A stretch of 64,000 bases of DNA from Nibricoccus sp. Its GTDB lineage: Bacteria; Verrucomicrobiota; Verrucomicrobiia; Opitutales; Opitutaceae. Under the pieces are notes generated by a model, which did not search any database, was not told the origin of the DNA, and saw only the letters and a program-made list of their open reading frames with translations. Positions within the stretch are counted from its first letter, which is position 1. Every line of letters starts with the position of its first letter. The DNA lies in NCBI GenBank assembly GCA_047602425.1, contig JASGHG010000001.1, positions 2,976,001-3,040,000 of the forward strand, in the 5' to 3' direction. The position numbers and the translations under genes are program-made. Positions 1 through 7,411 of this stretch are shown here, one piece after another.

Positions 1-34
1 CGGGGCAGGGCTGACAGGCTCTGCCCCGCTTTTT
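1..34 (+). terminator. Rho-independent terminator-like hairpin
   Basis: CGGGGCAGGGC-tgacag-GCTCTGCCCCG followed by CTTTTT. Confidence 0.5.
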
Positions 35-63
35 CCGACCGAAAAAACCAATCCCAGCTCACC

Positions 64-363
64 ATGAAAAAACCGGTCACACGCTCGCCGCTCGATTTGC
101 TGCCGCTACATCAGAAACAGGCTGTCATGGCCTGGCTGACGACGGGTGGTAAGCACGGCCAGGGCATGAGCTACGAGGACGCCAGCGCGAAGCTGAAGGC
201 TGAGTTCGGCGTGCGTGCCTCTGCAACGGCTCTGCATGCCTTCTACCACCGCCATCGCGGCGCGCCGACTACGCCGCAGGTGCAGACCGCGTTCGATGCC
301 AAATCGAACGTACTCACAATTTCGATACAGATAAACCTCAACCTCAATCCCCAAAAAACATGA
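64..363 (+). CDS. DUF3486/Mu gp27-like HTH protein (short, 99 aa)
   Basis: RSPLDLLP...AWL...SYEDASAKLKAEFGVRASATALHAFY resembles the N-terminal HTH of DUF3486 proteins; ATGA overlap with next ORF. Confidence 0.55.
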   Translation: MKKPVTRSPLDLLPLHQKQAVMAWLTTGGKHGQGMSYEDASAKLKAEFGVRASATALHAFYHRHRGAPTTPQVQTAFDAKSNVLTISIQINLNLNPQKT

Positions 364-926
364 ACCCTACGACTGAAACAGCGACTGCTCCCACCCGTGC
401 CCCCGAATGCGATGGCGACTGGAAACACCTCGAATTCAATGCCCGCCAAAAAATCGAGACACGCCTATTAATCGGCGCGCATCTGTTCAACGAAGCATTG
501 AAAGGCAGTGTCGCAGACATCCAGAGCGCTGCTTTTAGAATTGAAGAAGCCGGGCTTTTTGAGGGCACGTATTACGCTGGCGACAGTTGCACCATCAAAA
601 ATATTATACGGTTGGTAGAAACGCTGAATGGCGGATTGAACGAAGCCTTTCCCCTCTGCTACGCCGCACTGCCCGCGCATCTGAATGTCAATTTTATGCC
701 GTTCGACCAGGCGGTTTCCTTTTTTAGGCAAGAGGTATTTTGGACAACCAAAGGTGTCGAACACATGCACCGGTGCGAGGAGATGATTTCCAAGATGCGT
801 GAAGTCTACGCTTTGGTTCGTAGGGTGATCGATGAAATCGATCACTCGACGGACGATGGAATTTACCAGGTGCGCAACAGTGTACCTGCGATCCCGGCGA
901 ATCTATTCTTCGAAAAAGCTGTGTGA
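360..926 (+). CDS. hypothetical protein (188 aa)
   Basis: ORF coupled by ATGA overlap to the upstream gene; no recognised motif. Confidence 0.65.
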   Translation: MNPTTETATAPTRAPECDGDWKHLEFNARQKIETRLLIGAHLFNEALKGSVADIQSAAFRIEEAGLFEGTYYAGDSCTIKNIIRLVETLNGGLNEAFPLCYAALPAHLNVNFMPFDQAVSFFRQEVFWTTKGVEHMHRCEEMISKMREVYALVRRVIDEIDHSTDDGIYQVRNSVPAIPANLFFEKAV

Positions 927-927
927 C

Positions 928-1164
928 ATGCCTCAACCGCAACCAGACACCGAGATCGTGACCCCGTGGTTTATCTTCACGCATGAGCGTGGCTACGTGG
1001 TGAACGCCGAGACCGTGACGAAGGCCATTTCGCAATGGCGAAAGAGTCACAAAATCGGCTATATCTGCGGGGTGATTCGCGGTGCGGTTGCGGAGGGGCA
1101 GCTGGGGGCGGTCAGCGCCACGGCAATTTATGGTGTGATTTGCTGCGGAGGAAAAACGCCATGA
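928..1164 (+). CDS. hypothetical protein (78 aa)
   Basis: ATG 1 nt after the previous stop; its TGA overlaps the next ATG (ATGA), filling the operon exactly. Confidence 0.55.
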   Translation: MPQPQPDTEIVTPWFIFTHERGYVVNAETVTKAISQWRKSHKIGYICGVIRGAVAEGQLGAVSATAIYGVICCGGKTP

Positions 1165-2723
1165 GCGAACCAGGCCTAAACTACAAAGTCACGGTGTCCG
1201 GTGCGTCGCAAGGCGCGGCCGATGTCAGCAAGCTCGCTGACGCCTCCGGCAAAGTCGCTGACGCCACCGGCAAGGCTGCGCCGCAAGCGAAAGGCCTTGC
1301 CGATGCGATCTCTTCGCTCGGTAGCCGTAACAACCCCGCGAAGGACGCCCTTGAGGGTCTGAGCAGCGCTGCCCGTGGTGGAGAGGGGTCAGTCTTCGGC
1401 CTCACGAAGGCCTTCCGCGCATTTCGGGAACTCATCAACGGAGGCTTCGCGGCCCTCGGCCCTGGTGGTATTCTAGTTGCCGGATTGGGTCTGGTGATCG
1501 GTTTGCTACCGAAGATCATCGAGCTGTTTAAAGGTACGAGCAAATCAGCCGAAGAACTTGCCGCGGAGTCGAAGAAGGCAGCCGACGAGGTGAAGGAACT
1601 GGGCCAGCAACGAATGGAGGCGTTGGCCGCTGGTTTCGCCGCCGCCAATGAAGCGGCAAAGAAGGCAAACGCGGAGTTCGAACGCGCACTTAACCTTCAG
1701 AAGCGTCTAAACGAGGCTGCCCGTAATGCAGAACTCGCCGAAAATCCCGATAAGGCCAAAGAGATCAACGCGAAATACGATCAGAAAAACAAGGCGCTTA
1801 CCCTCACTGCAAAAGAATTTGCAGCCTCCCAAGCAGATGAGGTGGTCAAAGCTGCCGCTTCAAATCAAGAGGATGCTTTCAACGCCGAAGTCAGGGCTAA
1901 AAAAGAACTCATCGAACTGCTAAAAAAAGAGGGTGAGTTAAAAAAACTGAATGCCCTTATTGAGCAAAATAAGTATACATCCGAACTCTCGAAGGAGAGC
2001 GTAGCCGAGCAGAAAAAGCGCGAGGATCAAGCGAAAGCGTTACAAAATCAAATCGCCAAAAAACCGGAGATTGAAGCGGAAGTGGCGGCTCGTATAAAAG
2101 AGTCCCAGCGAGCCGCCGACAACCTCACCAAAGCCAAGGATACCCAATCCACCGCACGAGCGGAATTGAAGACTGAGGAAATTGGTCAGAAGGCTGAAGC
2201 GGACAGCAGCCGTAGAATAGAAAATGTGGAGGAAAAAAAGCGAATCAGCGAACAACTCAGCGATGCCACAAAGCGCAGGCAGAATGCCGGAGATCGGTCT
2301 GAGTTCCTTGCGGCAGCTCAGGATGAAATTGCGGCGCGCAACGCGCTGAAGAAACCTGCTGGGAGAGGAAAGTCTGAAGCGGCGAACGCAGAGCAAGCGC
2401 CCGCACTCGAAAAAGCAGCTGAGGAAATTGCAGATAAAAAAGTTGATGACAGACCGCTGAAAGAGGCCGCGAGTGCTATCTCAACGGCAATCGAACAGAG
2501 CGTGAGCGATAGTAATCGAGCCATCAGTGAGGGTGCTCAAGCCATTCGTGCCGCAGTGGGCGAAAGAATGCAGGTGCCAGATTTAGAGCCGTTGGTGAGC
2601 ACCGTGAAACAAGGTTTTAGCACGGTAAATAATGCGATGCGTAATATGCAGCAGCAGATAAACCAGAATAGCTATGCCATCAGGGAGATCATCAATCAGA
2701 TGTCATCGGCGAGGAACAAATAG
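1161..2723 (+). CDS. tape-measure-like coiled-coil protein (520 aa)
   Basis: Ala/Gly-rich N-terminus, hydrophobic GPGGILVAGLGLVIGLL segment, long Ala/Glu/Lys helical region; start taken at the ATGA overlap at 1161. Confidence 0.55.
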   Translation: MSEPGLNYKVTVSGASQGAADVSKLADASGKVADATGKAAPQAKGLADAISSLGSRNNPAKDALEGLSSAARGGEGSVFGLTKAFRAFRELINGGFAALGPGGILVAGLGLVIGLLPKIIELFKGTSKSAEELAAESKKAADEVKELGQQRMEALAAGFAAANEAAKKANAEFERALNLQKRLNEAARNAELAENPDKAKEINAKYDQKNKALTLTAKEFAASQADEVVKAAASNQEDAFNAEVRAKKELIELLKKEGELKKLNALIEQNKYTSELSKESVAEQKKREDQAKALQNQIAKKPEIEAEVAARIKESQRAADNLTKAKDTQSTARAELKTEEIGQKAEADSSRRIENVEEKKRISEQLSDATKRRQNAGDRSEFLAAAQDEIAARNALKKPAGRGKSEAANAEQAPALEKAAEEIADKKVDDRPLKEAASAISTAIEQSVSDSNRAISEGAQAIRAAVGERMQVPDLEPLVSTVKQGFSTVNNAMRNMQQQINQNSYAIREIINQMSSARNK

Positions 2724-4906
2724 TGAACACTGAGCGAGCAACGATCATCCCCGCCTCTCCGGCTTGGAATCGGCTAAACGCCCGAACCAAGCAACAGGCG
2801 CATAAGTTGCGGCAGGCGCTTGCGTCTGCACTGGAGTTGCACCGCAGTGGCCGCTGGGGGCGCGCTGAAATCGAATCTGCGGGGCTTCGTGACTACCAAC
2901 AGGTATTTGGGCATGCCATCACGCCTCGGCATTTCTGGAGGCTTTTGGATCTCGTGGTCGAACGCGATGCTGGTCGCAACCAGTTCGATAATTTGGGGTT
3001 TTATTTGCCCGGCCGCATTGTCCGCAAGCGCCCGGCCGATTCGCTCGACCGCTATGCAAAGCAGCTGCCGCGACTCTGCACCACGGTTGCAGGGTGCGCA
3101 AATATTGCGGAGCCCACCGCGCAGGAAATCCTTTTGGTGTGGGATGCGGCCTGTTCTGAATATCAGGCGATGATCGCTGTAGGGATGACTGACGGGAAAG
3201 CCCGCCGCCTCGTAGTTGCTGCGCTTGATGTCAGCGGGCTGCCGCTGGCTCTGACGAGGGCCGCACTCAGGCGCAGTTTCTGCCGCAAGCTCGATCGCTG
3301 GATTGAGGGCGGGCGCAAACCAGCCGCCATCCGCGATCAGCGGGAGTTGAAGTGCGGCCGTAAACTTCAAGCAGTGCCGACGCCTGAAGATTTGAATTTG
3401 CTGACGGCGCGAGCCCTGCACCTACGCAGCGTGCCAGCGGCTTGGCGTGAGTTGCTCCATGCGGGGGAATTGTCTCCAGCCGTGACACAGAGCTACATCA
3501 GCCAGACGGCGAGCAAGTCCTATTGTCCGGAGTCGATCCGAAGGGTGATTGTTCATCGCATTGGCCTCGTCGACGACATTCACCACGGCCCAAGGCAAGC
3601 CACATTGAACGGGGCGCATATCACGCGCGATTGGTCGGATGTTGCGCCTGGGGATTGGCAGCAAGCCGACGACGTGACGTTGGAGGTATACTATTGGTTT
3701 AAGGACGTCAGCGGCGTGCCGCAGGTTCTGCGCGGGCAGTTCCTTTTGATGATCGATCTTCGCAGTCTACGGATTCTGAATTTCGCCCTGCACGCGGAAA
3801 ACAACTACAATGCCAAGGTGATTCGTGGCCTGATGTTGCGTACGCATGACGCTTACGGTCTACCCCGGCGAGGCTATGCGTTTGGAAAAGGAATTTGGAA
3901 AAGCTCGCGACTGGTTAAGGGCCGTGAACTTCCGAAGGGAGACGAAATCCCCAACGAAGAAACCGAACTGGGCTTCCGCGATTTCGCGTTGGAGTTTAGG
4001 CACGCCAAGCTCCCTAGGGCGAAGCCAATCGAGCGCGTAATTGGGCTGTTGCAAGCCAGACTGCGCGATCAACCAGGCTGGGTTGGTCCAAACGAAATGA
4101 AGGAAAAATTTGAGCGAGTGCAGGAGCGTCTGCTCGCTGCCCGTGGCGGTTCGGTGCATCCCTCGAAATTCTTTTTGCATCGCGATGAGTGGTTTGAGCG
4201 GCTTCAGGAAGTTTGCGATGAGTACAACAATGAGCCGCAGCAAGGCCGCATGCTCAATGGGTTGTCTCCCCGGCAATATTGGGAGGCCAATTTTGACTAC
4301 GCCCGTCCGTTGGTGAAACTGGGGCAGGGTACTCGCTACCTTCTGGCAAATCATCGTCGCCCTGAAAAGGTCACGCGCAACGGAATCCGGATCGTCGTCG
4401 GCAAAGAGATCTGCAATTTCAAGAGTCCTGAGCTGGGCCATCACGTTGGGAAAATTGTCCAAGTGTACTTCGATCCTGAGGACATGAGCAGCGTATTTGT
4501 AATGGTAGATTGTGAGGGCAAAAGTGCGTTGGTTGTACCACGTGAAAAGGGTGTTCCCGCCATGGACGCGACGGATGAGCAACTACGCACTGCTCAGGGA
4601 ATTAATGAGGCGATGAATCAACCTGCTCGCACCCTGTATGCTGAGATAAAAACATATTTCCCGAAAAATGGTCCGTCACTCTTCCGCCGGGAGATCGCTG
4701 ACGCTGTGACCGTTGAGCTGGGTCAGGACATCGCTGCCGAACAAGACGCTATCCGCCGTGAGAAAACGCAACAGGTGCAGGACGCACGTTCGCTGAAACG
4801 GCGCCGGCGTGAATTGGGGCTTCGCCCTCAGTCAGAACAGATCTCTACTGAGCGGCAGTTGGCTGCGCTAAAACTTTTTGAGGAGGCTCGCCGTGACGAC
4901 ACGTAA
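2723..4906 (+). CDS. Mu-type DDE transposase/integrase (727 aa)
   Basis: WQQADD, LMIDLRSLRILNF, YGLP, PRAKPIER, YNNEP..GLSP, and a C-terminal KVTRNGIRI...VYFDPED Mu-like barrel; GTG overlaps the upstream TAG. Confidence 0.85.
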   Translation: MNTERATIIPASPAWNRLNARTKQQAHKLRQALASALELHRSGRWGRAEIESAGLRDYQQVFGHAITPRHFWRLLDLVVERDAGRNQFDNLGFYLPGRIVRKRPADSLDRYAKQLPRLCTTVAGCANIAEPTAQEILLVWDAACSEYQAMIAVGMTDGKARRLVVAALDVSGLPLALTRAALRRSFCRKLDRWIEGGRKPAAIRDQRELKCGRKLQAVPTPEDLNLLTARALHLRSVPAAWRELLHAGELSPAVTQSYISQTASKSYCPESIRRVIVHRIGLVDDIHHGPRQATLNGAHITRDWSDVAPGDWQQADDVTLEVYYWFKDVSGVPQVLRGQFLLMIDLRSLRILNFALHAENNYNAKVIRGLMLRTHDAYGLPRRGYAFGKGIWKSSRLVKGRELPKGDEIPNEETELGFRDFALEFRHAKLPRAKPIERVIGLLQARLRDQPGWVGPNEMKEKFERVQERLLAARGGSVHPSKFFLHRDEWFERLQEVCDEYNNEPQQGRMLNGLSPRQYWEANFDYARPLVKLGQGTRYLLANHRRPEKVTRNGIRIVVGKEICNFKSPELGHHVGKIVQVYFDPEDMSSVFVMVDCEGKSALVVPREKGVPAMDATDEQLRTAQGINEAMNQPARTLYAEIKTYFPKNGPSLFRREIADAVTVELGQDIAAEQDAIRREKTQQVQDARSLKRRRRELGLRPQSEQISTERQLAALKLFEEARRDDT

Positions 4907-6383
4907 ACAAGACCCAGCAACAAAAGAATTCCGGCAAGACGCCTATGCGTCGTCAGCCGAGTACGAACGCGGCATCCTCGGAAACCGGGTGGCCGCGCGG
5001 TGCCAGAAGCTTACCGATCCCGAAGAGATCGCCATGCTTTGGTGGTTGCAGCAGGTTTCATGGAGAGACGGCGGTATTGAGAAATTCACAGAGCAGTTTC
5101 TGGTTGAAAATGAAACCATGCTCGGGACGCCATCGATGCATCGATTTGGGATGAAAAAAGGGCAGGTCTACAACGCTGCCCAGGTGCGCAAAGTCCGGTC
5201 GGAACTAGGGGCGCCTGAGTGCATGGAGTTCCCATTGAGAGACGATAAAAGGGCGGATCGCCTAGCAGATTTTCTAGACTTGCCGGACTACGAGGATTTG
5301 ACGGTGTACCCGGAAAGTTACCCAGCATCGGAATTTCTGGATGTTTGTACAGGTTCGCTGCGTCAGTTTTCCAACTGGCTCAAGGGAATGTTGGTCGATC
5401 CCCAAAGTGGCAGCCTTCGGAGTGGATATTGGAGCATGTCTGGTTTCTGGGATGCGCTCTGCAAATGGCGGGATCGCGAGCGTGAAGTTGCGCGAGCCGC
5501 CATTGTCGAAACCGACGTTACGCGCCGGGTATTCGAAGAGTTGGATTTCGCTTACGAGACGCGGAGTTTTGTTCTGATCGAAGGCCGTGAGGGAATCGGC
5601 AAGAGCGAGGCGGCGCGTTGTTGGTGCGACCAGCGGCCCGGCCAAGCCATCTACGTTCGGTTGGAGTCAGGCAGCGATGAGACGACGCTTTATCGCTCGA
5701 TTGCCCGCGAGATCGGAACGGCGTGCAGCTACCAACGAAAAGCCGTTGAGATGCGAGCCCGGATTCAAGACGCACTGCAACCTGGTCACCTGATGCTCGT
5801 GCTCGACGAAGCGCATTTTCTGTGGCCAACCAGTGCCCGCAGTGAACGCACCACGCCCAAGCGCCTGGACTGGCTGAGGACGGCATTGATCGATTTTAAC
5901 GTCCCGATTGCGCTCGTGAGTACACCGCAATTTTTCACGCAACAATGCGACCGATTTAGAAAGGCGGGATGGAATTCGAATCAAATCCAGCGCAGGCTCA
6001 CTCGTTTGGTTCGGTTGCCTGAATCTCTGAGCAAGGAGGATGTTCTCGGCGTTGTCGCGCGCAACTTCCCGGAGGTCCCTCTACGTACAGCCAAAGAGAT
6101 TGCGGCAGTTGCCCTCTTGAGCGTCGGTTATCTCACGACCATCGTGAGCCTGCGAAAGCGATTTGATTTTCTTAGTTCGCGCCGGCCGTCAACCGCGCCA
6201 GCCGATCTATTGCGCGAGATTCTGGATGAGAAATCCGCTGAACTTGATTTGGCCGTGCAGCCCGTCGAAAAACCCGTTGCAACGCCAACGCAGGCCATTT
6301 GCAGGGTGCGTCCAGGGGCCCCGCAGGGCCGTGGAAACTTTGCGCCTCCGCTGATTGTTCAGCCTGAGTTGAGCGTCGTTTGA
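4893..6383 (+). CDS. MuB/TniB-like AAA+ ATPase with N-terminal extension (496 aa)
   Basis: Walker A GREGIGKS, Walker B MLVLDEAH; SD AGGAGG at 4881-4886 before GTG 4893; overlaps the transposase stop. Confidence 0.85.
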   Translation: MTTRKQDPATKEFRQDAYASSAEYERGILGNRVAARCQKLTDPEEIAMLWWLQQVSWRDGGIEKFTEQFLVENETMLGTPSMHRFGMKKGQVYNAAQVRKVRSELGAPECMEFPLRDDKRADRLADFLDLPDYEDLTVYPESYPASEFLDVCTGSLRQFSNWLKGMLVDPQSGSLRSGYWSMSGFWDALCKWRDREREVARAAIVETDVTRRVFEELDFAYETRSFVLIEGREGIGKSEAARCWCDQRPGQAIYVRLESGSDETTLYRSIAREIGTACSYQRKAVEMRARIQDALQPGHLMLVLDEAHFLWPTSARSERTTPKRLDWLRTALIDFNVPIALVSTPQFFTQQCDRFRKAGWNSNQIQRRLTRLVRLPESLSKEDVLGVVARNFPEVPLRTAKEIAAVALLSVGYLTTIVSLRKRFDFLSSRRPSTAPADLLREILDEKSAELDLAVQPVEKPVATPTQAICRVRPGAPQGRGNFAPPLIVQPELSVV

Positions 6384-6456
6384 CTTTTGTTTTCGAACCA
6401 CTCCCGGTTTGCGTTTTTTCACGCAATCGCCGGGAGTTACCTCTTACCCTGATGTC

Positions 6457-6504
6457 GCGGACATTTTGCTATTAAAAAGCGGACAGAATCAAAACGAAGA
6501 TACA
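6457..6504. repeat. candidate transposon right end: two 22-bp units starting GCGGACA, then terminal ACA
   Basis: GCGGACA at 6457 and 6479 (22-bp spacing), followed by TACA (TGTA on the - strand). Confidence 0.45.
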
Positions 6505-6553
6505 GAGCTCCAAGTGGACCTTGTACAATGCCCCATATGCGGTAGGCTGTTTG

Positions 6554-7066
6554 GTGAGCAAAGCTTTCACTAAAGAAGACGACGGGGGCCAACCGCCACT
6601 CGTAGCACGGCTTCAATCACCACTGAGGTCAGGCGAAAGAAATTACCTGACTCCGGCGGGTGCAAAGAAACTACGCGAGGAACTGGAGCAATTAGCCCAC
6701 GTAGAGCGTCCTTTCCTCCTGGCGGCTGCACGCACGGACGATCAGGCCAAGCAGCAGCTTGCGGTGCTGGACCAACGTCTCGCCTATCTGGAGGAAAGTC
6801 TGCGGACTGCCGAAGTGCAGCCGGCGCCGGTGGGGGAAGAGAACCGTGTGCGGTTTGGTGCGAGTGTAACGGTTAAGGAGAATTCCGGCGAAACAACGAC
6901 CTATCGTCTGGTTGGGGTCGATGAAACGGATCTAGATCGCAACTGGGTGAGCTGGCAATCGCCGTTGGCGCGCGCGCTACTTAACCGGCAGCTGGGTGAA
7001 CGTGTGACTTTCACCTTTCCCGCGGGAAAGTCAGAGCTTGAGATTACGAAGATCGAATACTTGTAA
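6554..7066 (+). CDS. GreA/GreB-family transcription elongation factor-like protein
   Basis: NYLTPAG..L.EEL N-terminal helix; C-terminal VRFGASVTV...YRLVGVDE...SWQSPLARAL. Confidence 0.85.
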   Translation: MSKAFTKEDDGGQPPLVARLQSPLRSGERNYLTPAGAKKLREELEQLAHVERPFLLAAARTDDQAKQQLAVLDQRLAYLEESLRTAEVQPAPVGEENRVRFGASVTVKENSGETTTYRLVGVDETDLDRNWVSWQSPLARALLNRQLGERVTFTFPAGKSELEITKIEYL

Positions 7067-7102
7067 CATCACTTCTCACTCAAACATATACAAACGGTAA
7101 AA

Positions 7103-7190
7103 GGTAGGGACGACCCGCCGGGTCGTCCGTCAACGTTGTTCCCCGATGGCTCGTGCACAACAGCGGTCGGCCCGGCGGTCCGACCCTACC
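7103..7190. repeat. GTAG-type REP doublet (REPIN-like)
   Basis: GGTAGGGACGACCCGCCGGGTCGTCCG and an inverted GGTAGGGTCGGACCGCCGGGCCGACCG, each a GTAG foot plus hairpin. Confidence 0.7.
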
Positions 7191-7411
7191 CATCGAACAC
7201 CGGCATTATTATACGTTGGAAGGAGAAACTCTATTAGCCATCGTTGTAACGTCCCACCCGAGATGAGTGCGACGTGTGATCTTAGCGAAAGCGGGATAAA
7301 TCCGGAGCAAGCTGGTCGCGTTGCACCAATCGGGCTCTGCAGACTTTTCCCGTATAGGGGCACCTTGCGTCGACTCATTGCAACCGGACCGTCTCATTTC
7401 GGTCTATCGCA

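Larger units (their letters stand above)
1..6504 (+). mobile_element. Mu-like transposable element / possible phage satellite (right portion; left end lies outside the window)
   Basis: Coupled operon with a DDE transposase, an AAA+ ATPase and phage-like genes; candidate terminal repeats ending ..TACA at 6504; host-type gene resumes at 6554. Confidence 0.7.

Noticed and set aside
1035..1160. Earlier start of the TMP-like ORF at 1035
   Set aside because: It would overlap the 928-1164 ORF by 130 nt; the ATGA junction at 1161 matches the operon's coupling pattern.
829..1164. Possible programmed frameshift (tail-chaperone G/GT type) in the two ORFs before the TMP-like gene
   Set aside because: No in-phase XXXYYYZ slippery site. 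GAAAAAG and GGAAAAA are imperfect or out of phase, and each ORF has its own coupled ATG.
2723..6504. Tn7-like or CRISPR-associated transposon
   Set aside because: No tnsA, tniQ/tnsD, cas gene or repeat-spacer array in the window. The unseen left part cannot be excluded.
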